64,000 nucleotides of DNA, taken from the NCBI RefSeq assembly GCF_053078305.1, contig NZ_CP166879.1; one strand, 5' to 3'. The position numbers were made by a program, and so were the translations under genes. This document shows positions 1 to 14,815 of the stretch, one piece after another; within the stretch, counting starts at the first letter, position 1, and each line of letters opens with the position of its first letter. The notes under the pieces are model-generated. The model did not search any database. It saw only the letters and a list, made by a program, of their open reading frames with translations, and was not told the DNA's origin.

Positions 1-126
1 CATTTACGCTAGTTACGCCAATGTGTAATTTGGCCCATTCTCATCGTTATTCGCCCATTTGCCCACATGCACAGTACGGGCTGCACGCTACGCTAATGAC
101 ATCAATACTGTGATGTGGAGCAAATC

Positions 127-903
127 ATGAAAATTACGCAAATTCGTAATGCCACCCAAATTATCCAATACGCTGGCAAAACATTTCTTATCGACCCGTT
201 ACTCGCGCCTAAAGGAAGTTATCCGGGTTTTGCCGGAACGGCACGCGCAGAAATCCGCAATCCAACGGTAGAATTACCGTGCGATTTAACAACGTTACTC
301 AACGTTGACGCCCTAATCGTGACTCATTTACATGAAGATCACTGGGACGAAACAGCCTCCCGCGTCGTCCCTAAAAATAAACTGATTTATGTGCAAAATG
401 AGCAAGATGCTGAATCACTGCATAAACAAGGATTTACACATCTTACCGTACTTACCGATGAGACTAAATTTGGCGATATTACTCTGCATAAAACGACAGG
501 GCAGCACGGCTCCGATCGCACCTATGCAGACCCGGCGATGGCGAAGCGTTTAGGCGCAGCCTGCGGCGTTGTTTTCCAGCACCCGACAGAGAAAACGCTC
601 TATCTGGCTGGCGATACCCTCTGGCGTGACGACGTCGAGGTTACAATGCTAACTTTCCAACCAGAAGTGGTTGTGTTGAATGCCGGATTTGCGCATGTTC
701 TGGGGCATGGCGCGATAATTATGGGAGCAGAAGATATTCTCAAAACACATTTTACCCTGCCAGAAGCGCAAATTGTCGCGACACATATGGAGGCCGTAAA
801 CCACTGTTTGCTGACGCGTGATGCGCTCAAGGAATACGCCAGAGATAATCAAATTATCGAATTTGTGAACGTACCAGAAGATGGTGAAACGTTGACATTC
901 TAA
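127..903 (+). CDS. Metallo-beta-lactamase-fold hydrolase
   Basis: ORF with HLHEDHWDE (HxHxDH) metal-binding motif; GGAG 7 nt upstream of ATG at 127 (track ORF begins at GTG 115). K-12 has mhpR at this position upstream of lacI. Confidence 0.7.
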   Translation: MKITQIRNATQIIQYAGKTFLIDPLLAPKGSYPGFAGTARAEIRNPTVELPCDLTTLLNVDALIVTHLHEDHWDETASRVVPKNKLIYVQNEQDAESLHKQGFTHLTVLTDETKFGDITLHKTTGQHGSDRTYADPAMAKRLGAACGVVFQHPTEKTLYLAGDTLWRDDVEVTMLTFQPEVVVLNAGFAHVLGHGAIIMGAEDILKTHFTLPEAQIVATHMEAVNHCLLTRDALKEYARDNQIIEFVNVPEDGETLTF

Positions 904-922
904 TTCGGAGAAAAAGAGTGTT

Positions 923-1876
923 ATGCGCCCGCTAACTGTTGCCATTATCGCCGTTGCCGGTTTTAGTCCTTTTCACCTTTCCGTACCGTTTATCGTATTT
1001 AGCGAAAAAATGGCGGAGAAAAAACACTTTCACGTAATTATCTGCGCTGAAAAGCCGGGAAACGTGGACTCTGCCGATGGGTTTTCCGTAACCGCCACCC
1101 ATGACTATACCGCAGTCATCCAGGCGGATATTGTGATAATTCCTTACTGGGGAACCATTACACAAAAACCGCCACAAAAACTGCTGGAAGCCTTAACGAC
1201 CGCACGGGATAACGGCGCACAGATTGTCGGGCTTTGCCTGGGCACGTTTGTGCTCGGCTATGCAGGTTTACTGAAAAATAAGCGTGCCGCCACACACTGG
1301 GAGTTCGAGCGTGAATTTCAGGCACGTTTTCCACAAACACATCTGGATATTAACGCGTTGTACGTAGACGATGACGGCATTATTACCTCTGCCGGTACTG
1401 CCGCGGCGCTGGATTGCTGTTTGTATATTGTTCGGCAACATTTTGGCAGCGACTATGCTAACCATATTGCCCGACGGATGGTCGTACCGCCATATCGCAC
1501 CGGCGGTCAGGCGCAGTTTATTGAGCAACCAGTGCCGAAAAATACCCATGATGAACGCATTAATCTCCTGCTGGATTACCTGCGGCAAAACATTGCGCAA
1601 CAGCATGATCTCGACTCGCTGGCGCAGCGAGTAATGATGAGTCGCCGCACATTAACTCGCCATTTTATGAAAGCGACCGGTTCGAGTATCGCCGAATGGC
1701 TTATTACTGAACGCTTACGCCGTAGCCAGGAACTGTTGGGATCCAGTCAATTGCCCGTTGAGCGGATAGCAGCTGAGGTGGGTTTTCTCTCACCTGTGAC
1801 CTGGCGTCAGCATTTTAAATCTCACTTCGGCGTCAGCCCCGCCGAATGGCGCAAAACCTTTCGCGGTATGGCATGA
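923..1876 (+). CDS. GlxA-family transcriptional regulator (DJ-1/PfpI amidotransferase-like domain plus AraC-type HTH)
   Basis: 317 aa ORF; N-terminal DJ-1/PfpI-like region, C-terminal AraC HTH (RRTLTRHF..., PAEWRKTFRG); GGAG RBS upstream of ATG 923. Confidence 0.75.
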   Translation: MRPLTVAIIAVAGFSPFHLSVPFIVFSEKMAEKKHFHVIICAEKPGNVDSADGFSVTATHDYTAVIQADIVIIPYWGTITQKPPQKLLEALTTARDNGAQIVGLCLGTFVLGYAGLLKNKRAATHWEFEREFQARFPQTHLDINALYVDDDGIITSAGTAAALDCCLYIVRQHFGSDYANHIARRMVVPPYRTGGQAQFIEQPVPKNTHDERINLLLDYLRQNIAQQHDLDSLAQRVMMSRRTLTRHFMKATGSSIAEWLITERLRRSQELLGSSQLPVERIAAEVGFLSPVTWRQHFKSHFGVSPAEWRKTFRGMA

Positions 1877-1912
1877 TAGCGCCCGGAAGAGAGTCAATTC
1901 AGGGTGGTGAAT

Positions 1913-2995
1913 GTGAAACCAGTAACGCTATACGATGTCGCAGAGTATGCCGGTGTCTCTTATCAGACCGTTTCCCGCGTGGTGAATCAGGCCAGCCACG
2001 TTTCTGCGAAAACGCGGGAAAAAGTGGAAGCGGCGATGGCGGAGCTGAATTACATTCCCAACCGCGTGGCACAACAACTGGCGGGGAAACAGTCGTTGCT
2101 GATTGGCGTTGCCACCTCCAGTCTGGCCCTGCACGCGCCGTCGCAAATTGTCGCGGCGATTAAATCTCGCGCCGATCAACTGGGTGCCAGCGTGGTGGTG
2201 TCGATGGTAGAACGAAGCGGCGTCGAAGCCTGTAAAGCGGCGGTGCACAATCTTCTCGCGCAACGCGTCAGTGGGCTGATCATTAACTATCCGCTGGATG
2301 ACCAGGATGCCATTGCTGTGGAAGCTGCCTGCGCTAATGTTCCGGCGTTATTTCTTGATGTCTCTGACCAGACTCCCATCAACAGTATTATTTTCTCCCA
2401 TGAAGACGGTACGCGACTGGGCGTGGAGCATCTGGTCGCATTGGGTCACCAGCAAATCGCGCTGTTAGCGGGCCCATTAAGTTCTGTCTCGGCGCGTCTG
2501 CGTCTGGCGGGCTGGCATAAATATCTCACTCGCAATCAAATTCAGCCGATAGCGGAACGGGAGGGCGACTGGAGTGCCATGTCCGGTTTTCAACAAACCA
2601 TGCAAATGCTAAATGAGGGCATCGTTCCCACTGCGATGCTGGTTGCCAACGATCAGATGGCGCTGGGCGCAATGCGCGCCATTACCGAGTCCGGGCTGCG
2701 CGTTGGTGCGGATATCTCGGTAGTGGGATACGACGATACCGAAGACAGCTCGTGTTATATCCCGCCGTTAACCACCATCAAACAGGATTTTCGCCTGCTG
2801 GGGCAAACCAGCGTGGACCGCTTGCTGCAACTCTCTCAGGGCCAGGCGGTGAAGGGCAATCAGCTGTTGCCCGTCTCACTGGTGAAAAGAAACACCACCC
2901 TGGCGCCCAAGACGCAAACCGCTTCTCCCCGCGCGTTGGCCGATTCATTAATGCAGCTGGCACGACAAGTTTCCCGACTGGAAAGCGGGCAGTGA
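1913..2995 (+). CDS. lacI: Lactose operon repressor LacI
   Basis: Protein MKPVTLYDVAEYAGVSYQTVSRVVNQ... ending ...RLESGQ; canonical GTG start at 1913 (track ORF starts 9 nt earlier). Confidence 0.98.
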   Translation: MKPVTLYDVAEYAGVSYQTVSRVVNQASHVSAKTREKVEAAMAELNYIPNRVAQQLAGKQSLLIGVATSSLALHAPSQIVAAIKSRADQLGASVVVSMVERSGVEACKAAVHNLLAQRVSGLIINYPLDDQDAIAVEAACANVPALFLDVSDQTPINSIIFSHEDGTRLGVEHLVALGHQQIALLAGPLSSVSARLRLAGWHKYLTRNQIQPIAEREGDWSAMSGFQQTMQMLNEGIVPTAMLVANDQMALGAMRAITESGLRVGADISVVGYDDTEDSSCYIPPLTTIKQDFRLLGQTSVDRLLQLSQGQAVKGNQLLPVSLVKRNTTLAPKTQTASPRALADSLMQLARQVSRLESGQ

Positions 2996-3008
2996 GCGCA
3001 ACGCAATT
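2983..3008. promoter_or_regulatory. lac operator O3 (auxiliary operator at 3' end of lacI)
   Basis: ggcagtgagcgcaacgcaattaa overlapping the lacI stop, as in K-12. Confidence 0.7.
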
Positions 3009-3010
3009 AA

Positions 3011-3028
3011 TGTGAGTCAGCTCACTCA
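3011..3028 (+). promoter_or_regulatory. CRP (CAP) binding site of lac promoter
   Basis: tgtgagtcagctcactca; K-12 has tgtgagttagctcactca (one substitution). Confidence 0.85.
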
Positions 3029-3043
3029 TTAGGCACCCCAGGC

Positions 3044-3073
3044 TTTACACTCTATGCGTCCGGCTCGTATGTT
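3044..3073 (+). promoter_or_regulatory. lacP promoter (-35 tttaca at 3044-3049, -10 tatgtt at 3068-3073)
   Basis: Matches the K-12 lac promoter hexamers; spacer carries a few substitutions. Confidence 0.85.
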
Positions 3074-3079
3074 GTGTGA

Positions 3080-6192
<3,113 letters not shown>

Positions 6193-6198
6193 TAATAA

Positions 6199-7497
<1,299 letters not shown>

Positions 7498-7562
7498 GCA
7501 ATCAATGTCGGATGCGGCGCGAGCGCCTTATCCGACCAACATATCAGGACGGAATGATCGCA

Positions 7563-8174
7563 ATGAACATGTCGATGACAGAAAGAATAAAAGCAGGCAA
7601 GCTATTTACCGATATGTGCGAAGGCTTACCTGAAAAAAGACTTCGTGGGAAAACATTAATGTATGAGTTTAATCACTCGCATCCATCCGACGTTGAAAAA
7701 AGAGAAAGCCTGATTAAAGAAATGTTTGCCACGGTAGGGGAAAACGCCTGGGTAGAGCCCCCCGTCTATTTCTCTTACGGTTCCAACATCCATATAGGCC
7801 GCAATTTTTATGCAAATTTCAATTTAACCATTGTCGATGACTACACGGTAACGATCGGTGATAACGTACTGATTGCACCCAACGTTACTCTTTCCGTTAC
7901 GGGACACCCTGTACACCATGAATTGAGAAAAAACGGCGAGATGTACTCTTTTCCGATAACGATTGGCAATAATGTCTGGATTGGGAGTCATGTGGTCATT
8001 AATCCAGGCGTCACCATCGGGGATAATTCTGTTATTGGCGCGGGTAGTGTCGTCATAAAAGACATTCCACCAAACGTCGTGGCTGCTGGCGTTCCTTGCC
8101 GGGTTATTCGCGAAATAAACGACCGGGATAAGCAATATTATTTCAGAGATTACAAAGTTGAATCGTCAGTTTAA
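7563..8174 (+). CDS. lacA: Galactoside O-acetyltransferase
   Basis: MNMSMTERIKAGKLFTDMCEGLPEKRL...; the track ORF is extended upstream through a REP element, true start taken as ATG 7563. Confidence 0.95.
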   Translation: MNMSMTERIKAGKLFTDMCEGLPEKRLRGKTLMYEFNHSHPSDVEKRESLIKEMFATVGENAWVEPPVYFSYGSNIHIGRNFYANFNLTIVDDYTVTIGDNVLIAPNVTLSVTGHPVHHELRKNGEMYSFPITIGNNVWIGSHVVINPGVTIGDNSVIGAGSVVIKDIPPNVVAAGVPCRVIREINDRDKQYYFRDYKVESSV

Positions 8175-8276
8175 ATTATAAAAATTGCCTGATGCGCTTC
8201 GCTTATCAGGCCTACAAGTTCAGTGATCTACATTAGCCGCATCCGGCATGAACAAAGCGCAGGAACAAGCGTCGCA

Positions 8277-9458
8277 TCATGCCTCTTTGACCCACAGCTG
8301 CGGAAAACGTGCTGGTGCAAAACGCAGGGTTATGATCATCAGCCCAACGACGCACAGCGCATGAAATGCCCAGTCCATCAGGTAATTGCCGCTGATACTA
8401 CGCAGCACGCCAGAAAACCACGGGGCAAGCCCGGCGATGATAAAACCGATCCCCTGCATAAACGCCACCAGCTTGCCAGCAATAGCCGGTTGCACAGAGT
8501 GATCGAGCGCCAGCAGCAAACAGAGCGGAAATGCGCCGCCCAGACCTAAACCACACACCATCGCCCACAATACCGGCAATTGCAGCGGCAGCCAGATAAA
8601 GCCGCAGAAACCCACCAGTTGTAACGCCAGTGCCAACAGCAAAAGTTTGCGCCGATCCTGATGGCGAGCCATAGCAGGCATCAGCAAAGCTCCTGCGGCT
8701 TGCCCAAGCGTCATCAATGCCAGCAAGGAACCGCTGTACTGCGCGCTGGCACCAATCTCAATATAGAAAGCGGGTAACCAGGCAATCAGGCTGGCGTAAC
8801 CACCGTTAATCAGACCGAAGTATAGGCCCAGCGTCCAGGCGCGGGGAGTAAATACCACGCGAACCGGAGTGGTTGTTGTCTTGTGGGAAGAGGCGACCTC
8901 GCGGGTGCTTTGCCACCACCAGGCAAAGAGCGCAACAACGGCAGGCAGCGCCCACCAGGCGAGTGTTTGATACCAGGTTTCGCTATGTTGAACTAACCAG
9001 GGTGTCAGGGCGGCACCAAGTCCACCGCCGCCCATCAGAGCCGCGGACCACAGCCCCATCACCAGTGGCGTGCGCTGCTGAAACCGCCGTTTAATCACCG
9101 AAGGCATCACCGCCTGAATGATGCCGATCCCCACCCCACCGAGCAGTGCGCTGCTAAGCAGCAGCGCACTTTGGGGGTAAAGCTCACGCATCAATGCACC
9201 GACGGCAATCAGTAACAAACTGATGGCGACGCTGCGACGTTCGCTGACATGCTGATGAAGCCAGCTTCCGGCCAGCGCCAGCCCGCCCATGGTAACCACC
9301 GGCAGAGCGGTCAACAGGGCAGCCACGCTAAAGCTCATTCCGCTTGCCTGGCGCAATTGCGGTAGCAGTGGACCGACGGAGGTGAGCAGTGGTCGCATAT
9401 TAAGACCAATCAGCACCAGAACCAGCAGTATCGTGAACGTCTTTTGATGGTTGCGCAT
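8277..9458 (-). CDS. cynX: Cyanate transporter (MFS)
   Basis: Multi-pass membrane protein immediately downstream of cynS; matches remembered CynX; exact start among N-terminal Met codons uncertain. Confidence 0.9.
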   Translation of the reverse strand: MRNHQKTFTILLVLVLIGLNMRPLLTSVGPLLPQLRQASGMSFSVAALLTALPVVTMGGLALAGSWLHQHVSERRSVAISLLLIAVGALMRELYPQSALLLSSALLGGVGIGIIQAVMPSVIKRRFQQRTPLVMGLWSAALMGGGGLGAALTPWLVQHSETWYQTLAWWALPAVVALFAWWWQSTREVASSHKTTTTPVRVVFTPRAWTLGLYFGLINGGYASLIAWLPAFYIEIGASAQYSGSLLALMTLGQAAGALLMPAMARHQDRRKLLLLALALQLVGFCGFIWLPLQLPVLWAMVCGLGLGGAFPLCLLLALDHSVQPAIAGKLVAFMQGIGFIIAGLAPWFSGVLRSISGNYLMDWAFHALCVVGLMIITLRFAPARFPQLWVKEA

Positions 9459-9463
9459 GGCTG

Positions 9464-9952
<489 letters not shown>

Positions 9953-10624
9953 TTAAAAATAAGGTTGCGCTGCGGTCGGTTGGCGTAGCGGTATGGCACA
10001 AACGCGAGGATTAGCGGCCAGTGGCACAAACTGGCGGGTTGCGCCGTCAAACGCTGCGATGCTGCCGCTTTCAATGTCGTAGACCCAGCCGTGCAGGGCG
10101 ATCCGCCCCTCTTCGAGCGCCAGGCGCACCGATGGATGAGTTTGCAAATTAGCCAACTGAGCAATGACGTTTTCACGTACCATCGCCGCCGCTTTTGACG
10201 GTAAATCGGGATGCGGGCGCGCCTCATTAACGACGCGGGCTGAATCGGCATAACGCAGCCAGTGGGAGACGGCAGGCATATGGTCCATGCACTGACAGCT
10301 GGCAATGGCGGTCATTGCGCCACAGTTGGAATGACCGCAAATCACAATGTCAGATACCCGAAGCGCAGCGACGGCATACTCCACCGAAGCAGAAACGCCA
10401 CCGGGTTCAGGCCCGTAGGAAGGGACGATATTGCCTGCGTTGCGAATAACGAACAGATCGCCAGGCTCACGTTGCGTCACCAGCTCAGGGACCAGACGGC
10501 TGTCGGAGCAGGAGATAAAAAGGGTGCGCGGGCTTTGCTGTGTCGCCAACTGTTTAAATAAGGCTTCCCGCTTCGGAAATGCCTCGCGCTGGAATTTAAG
10601 GAATCCGTCAATAATCTCTTTCAC
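9953..10624 (-). CDS. cynT: Carbonic anhydrase (beta class)
   Basis: [47 protein letters not shown]...; beta-CA motifs CSDSR and HSNCG. Confidence 0.95.
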   Translation of the reverse strand: MKEIIDGFLKFQREAFPKREALFKQLATQQSPRTLFISCSDSRLVPELVTQREPGDLFVIRNAGNIVPSYGPEPGGVSASVEYAVAALRVSDIVICGHSNCGAMTAIASCQCMDHMPAVSHWLRYADSARVVNEARPHPDLPSKAAAMVRENVIAQLANLQTHPSVRLALEEGRIALHGWVYDIESGSIAAFDGATRQFVPLAANPRVCAIPLRQPTAAQPYF

Positions 10625-10733
10625 CGTTAACCTCTGTCTGTCTCTGGAATGAGAGGCAGACTACTCGCCCATTGCTATAAGGTAAAAGACTCATTTATGA
10701 TAAGTTCTATTGGATTTACTTATAGGTTGGCGA

Positions 10734-11633
10734 ATGCTCTCTCGACATATCAATTACTTTCTTGCCGTGGCTGAACATGGCAGCTTCACCCGCGCCGCCA
10801 GTGCGTTGCACGTCTCCCAGCCTGCGCTTTCCCAGCAGATTCGCCAGTTAGAGGAGAGTTTAGGCGTGCCGCTGTTTGACCGTAGCGGGCGAACGATTCG
10901 TCTCACTGATGCAGGAGAAGTCTGGCGACAGTACGCCAGCCGGGCGTTACAGGAACTGGGGGCGGGTAAACGGGCGATTCATGATGTTGCCGATCTGACG
11001 CGAGGATCGCTGCGTATCGCCGTCACCCCCACCTTTACGAGCTACTTTATCGGCCCCTTAATGGCGGATTTCTATGCGCGCTATCCCGGCATCACGCTCC
11101 AGCTACAGGAAATGTCGCAGGAGAAAATCGAGGATATGCTTTGCCGCGACGAGTTGGACGTTGGGATTGCCTTCGCGCCTGTGCATTCGCCGGAGCTGGA
11201 GGCAATTCCCTTACTAACAGAAAGTTTAGCGTTAGTCGTGGCGCAACATCATCCGCTGGCCGTCCATGAACAGGTGGCGTTGAGTCGCTTGCATGATGAA
11301 AAACTGGTCCTGCTCAGCGCGGAATTTGCCACCAGAGAGCAAATTGACCACTACTGCGAGAAAGCGGGGCTGCATCCACAGGTGGTCATTGAGGCGAACT
11401 CAATTAGCGCGGTTCTGGAGCTGATTCGCCGCACTTCCCTTTCCACATTGTTACCAGCAGCGATTGCCACACAACATGACGGGCTTAAAGCTATTTCTCT
11501 TGCCCCGCCACTACTGGAGAGAACGGCGGTTTTGTTGCGGCGGAAAAATAGCTGGCAGACTGCCGCCGCGAAGGCATTTTTGCAAATGGCGTTGGATAAA
11601 TGCGCGGTTGTTGGCGGAAATGAATCGCGGTAA
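10734..11633 (+). CDS. cynR: LysR-family regulator of the cyn operon
   Basis: [41 protein letters not shown]...; divergent from cynT; start taken at ATG 10734. Confidence 0.93.
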   Translation: MLSRHINYFLAVAEHGSFTRAASALHVSQPALSQQIRQLEESLGVPLFDRSGRTIRLTDAGEVWRQYASRALQELGAGKRAIHDVADLTRGSLRIAVTPTFTSYFIGPLMADFYARYPGITLQLQEMSQEKIEDMLCRDELDVGIAFAPVHSPELEAIPLLTESLALVVAQHHPLAVHEQVALSRLHDEKLVLLSAEFATREQIDHYCEKAGLHPQVVIEANSISAVLELIRRTSLSTLLPAAIATQHDGLKAISLAPPLLERTAVLLRRKNSWQTAAAKAFLQMALDKCAVVGGNESR

Positions 11634-11765
11634 CCACTGACACAATTGCCTGATGCGCTACGCTTATCAGGCCTACGAGTTCAGTGCTCTACGTAGGCCG
11701 GATAAGGCGTTCACGCCGCATCCGGCATAAACTACGCTCGCTTTGTCAACACACTGCCCAGCCGA

Positions 11766-13049
11766 TCACCGTTTGTAATCGATGGCTTCTGGCTGCTCCA
11801 GATATACGGTGGTTTGTGCCGGTTGTGTGCTGGCAATCACCTTGCCGCCACGTACCGAATAACGTACCGGAACCTGACGGCGCAGCGCATCAAATCCATT
11901 TTCAGCCGGCAGGATAATCAGGTTGGCGCTGTTTCCGGCGGCAATGCCGTAATCCTGCAAATTCAACGTTCTGGCACTGTGGTGGGTGATTAAATTCAGG
12001 CCATCGTTAATCTGTCCGTAGCCCATCAGCTGGCAAACATGCAGCCCCATATGCAGCACTTGCAGCATATTCGCCGTTCCCAGCGGATACCACGGATCGA
12101 AGACATCATCGTGACCAAAGCAGACGTTAATGCCGGACTCCAGCATCTCTTTAACGCGCGTGATGCCGCGACGTTTTGGATACGTATCGAATCGTCCTTG
12201 CAGATGAATATTGACCAGCGGGTTGGCGACAAAGTTAATACCGGACATTTTCAGCAAGCGGAACAGGCGTGAGGTATACGCCCCGTTATAGGAGTGCATT
12301 GCCGTGGTGTGACTGGCGGTGACTCGCGCGCCCATGCCTTCACGGTGCGCCAGGGCAGCAACGGTTTCGACAAAGCGCGACTGCTCGTCATCGATCTCAT
12401 CACAGTGAACGTCGATGAGACGGTCGTATTTTTGCGCCAGGGCGAAGGTTTTATGCAGCGACTCCACGCCGTATTCACGGGTAAATTCAAAATGCGGAAT
12501 CGCCCCCACTACATCTGCCCCTAAGCGTAACGCCTCTTCCAGCAACGCTTCACCGTTGGGATACGACAAAATCCCTTCCTGAGGGAAGGCGACGATTTGC
12601 AGATCAATCCACGGCGCGACTTCCTGCTTCACTTCCAGCATTGCTTTCAGCGCAGTTAGCGTTGCATCCGAAACATCGACATGGGTACGCACATGCTGAA
12701 TGCCGTTGGCAATCTGCCATTTCAGCGTTTGCCATGCGCGTTGTTTCACATCGTCATGGGTTAATAACGCTTTGCGCTCGGCCCAGCGTTCAATGCCTTC
12801 AAACAGCGTGCCGGACTGATTCCAGTTCGGTTGTCCGGCGGTTTGCGTGGTGTCCAGGTGAATATGTGGCTCCACAAACGGCGGTATAACTAAACCTTGT
12901 TCGGCATCCAGGCTGTTTTCAGTTATGGGCATCACGCCGGATTGCGCATCAATGGCGCTGATTTTTCCGTCCTGCAGATGAATCTGCCACAGCCCCTCTT
13001 TGCCGGGTAACCGGGCGTTAATAATTGTTTGTAAAGCGTTATTCGACAC
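11766..13049 (-). CDS. codA: Cytosine deaminase
   Basis: (M)[15 protein letters not shown]...HIHLD...; GTG start at 13049 overlapping the codB 3' end. Confidence 0.95.
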   Translation of the reverse strand: MSNNALQTIINARLPGKEGLWQIHLQDGKISAIDAQSGVMPITENSLDAEQGLVIPPFVEPHIHLDTTQTAGQPNWNQSGTLFEGIERWAERKALLTHDDVKQRAWQTLKWQIANGIQHVRTHVDVSDATLTALKAMLEVKQEVAPWIDLQIVAFPQEGILSYPNGEALLEEALRLGADVVGAIPHFEFTREYGVESLHKTFALAQKYDRLIDVHCDEIDDEQSRFVETVAALAHREGMGARVTASHTTAMHSYNGAYTSRLFRLLKMSGINFVANPLVNIHLQGRFDTYPKRRGITRVKEMLESGINVCFGHDDVFDPWYPLGTANMLQVLHMGLHVCQLMGYGQINDGLNLITHHSARTLNLQDYGIAAGNSANLIILPAENGFDALRRQVPVRYSVRGGKVIASTQPAQTTVYLEQPEAIDYKR

Positions 13050-14298
13050 TGTTAGCCTCCACATGCGTCATTGCTGCTGTCGTTTTACGATTCAAAATCG
13101 GGTTAAGGATCAGATAGCTCAGCGCGCCACCTAATACCGCGTTGACCGGAACAATTCCCGGTAACCAGTGGCCTGCAGCAATCCCCAAGGCGACCGCCAG
13201 AATCGCCACCCAATTGACACTCATCATACGCGTGGTCGCAAAGTGCTCATAGCGGCGACGGTTCATCAGATAGTCGGCAATGATCACGCCACCCACCGGA
13301 GGAATAGCTGCCGAAAGGAAGGTCAACCAGCCGACAAAATTGTTATACAGCCATAATGCGCAGACCGTACCGATAATACCGTTGATTACCGAAAGGGTTT
13401 TGCTCGACATACCGGTAATGTTGGCGAAACCTAAACCCGACGCATAGAGCGCGTTATCGTTGGTGGTCCAGATATTCAGTCCCAGCACCACAATCGCAGG
13501 CAGCAGCAGGCCCTGAGCAATCATCACATCAGAGATATCCGCCATGCCCAGTGCCGCAGCGCCCGCTGCACCGAAAATAAACATCAACGAGTTGCCGAGG
13601 AAAAAGGCCACCATCGCCACCAGTACCGCCAGTTTGGCATTGCGACCAAAGCGGACAAAGTCAGCGGTGAGCGTGCCCGCGCTGATAAATGACCCCACAA
13701 CCAGCGCCAGCGCGACATTGAAATCTAACGGTTGTGCGGGAACGACCGCTTTTAATGCGTCCAGGCCGCCCATGCCGTTAACAGCCAGCCACACGGAATA
13801 ACCGCCAAGGCAGGCGATAGCCGGAACCGCAATCACCGAAAGAACTGTCAGCGCCGAAATGCCAAAGAAGACGGTGACGGTCATCAGTAAACCGGAAACG
13901 GCAATCAGCAAATTAATATCCAGCCCGGTTGCCTTGCCCACCGGAATAGCAAACATCGCCACACCGACGCCAAACCAGCCAACCTGGGTGCCGCCCAGCA
14001 GCAGTGAAGGCAGCCATGAGCCTTTAACACCAAACGAGAAGCGAGCAAGAAGATGAGTGGTCAGGCCGGTTTTTGCGCCAATGTAACCGAGAAATGAAGT
14101 GTAAATACCGAGGAGAAGATTGCCGATGAGAACTGCGAGGAAGAAATCATGATAGCTAAGACCGGTTCCGAGAGTGCCGCCAGTCCACATACTGGCGGAA
14201 AAGAAGGTTAATCCCAGCATGACGAACGTCAATGCCAATACCCCTTTCCGCGCCGACTGCGGGACTGGCCCCTGGCTAAAGTTGTTATCTTGCGACAC
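13039..14298 (-). CDS. codB: Cytosine permease
   Basis: 419 aa membrane protein [33 protein letters not shown]...; upstream of codA in the same operon. Confidence 0.95.
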   Translation of the reverse strand: MSQDNNFSQGPVPQSARKGVLALTFVMLGLTFFSASMWTGGTLGTGLSYHDFFLAVLIGNLLLGIYTSFLGYIGAKTGLTTHLLARFSFGVKGSWLPSLLLGGTQVGWFGVGVAMFAIPVGKATGLDINLLIAVSGLLMTVTVFFGISALTVLSVIAVPAIACLGGYSVWLAVNGMGGLDALKAVVPAQPLDFNVALALVVGSFISAGTLTADFVRFGRNAKLAVLVAMVAFFLGNSLMFIFGAAGAAALGMADISDVMIAQGLLLPAIVVLGLNIWTTNDNALYASGLGFANITGMSSKTLSVINGIIGTVCALWLYNNFVGWLTFLSAAIPPVGGVIIADYLMNRRRYEHFATTRMMSVNWVAILAVALGIAAGHWLPGIVPVNAVLGGALSYLILNPILNRKTTAAMTHVEANSVE

Positions 14299-14451
14299 GA
14301 AATTCCCCCTTTTTGCTGTTTGAAACCCAAAAAATCCGCCGCATTCTATTCATCTGAAGATAAAAAGCAATCGTTTTCGTGGGGAAATATATTTTTTATA
14401 TGAATGAGTGCAAAAAGGTGGGGGAAAAATTATCGGTGTAAAAACAGTGGG

Positions 14452-14812
14452 TAGGCCTGATAAGACGCGTCAGCGTCGCATCAGGCAACTGCGCATGGTG
14501 TCGGATGCGGCGCGAGCGCCTTATCCGACCTACGGTTCAGGCCTGTAGGCATGATAAGACGCGTCAGCGTCGCATCAGGCATCTGCGCATGGTGTCGGAT
14601 GCGGCGCGAGCGCCTTATCCGACCTACGGTTCAGGCCTGTAGGCATGATAAGACGCGTCAGCGTCGCATCAGGCATCGGCACACGGTGTCGGATGCGGCG
14701 CGAGCGCCTTATCCGACCCACGGTTCAGGTCCGTAGGCATGATAAGACGCGCCTGCGTCGCATCAGGCATCGGCGCATGGTGCCGGATGCGCCACGCGAC
14801 GCATCCGACAAT
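14452..14812. repeat. Tandem REP/BIME cluster (about 4 units of ~90 bp)
   Basis: Repeated units of ggcctgataagacgcgtcagcgtcgcatcaggc...tgtcggatgcggcgcgagcgccttatccgacctacggttcag between codB and prpE. Confidence 0.9.
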
Positions 14813-14815
14813 ACC

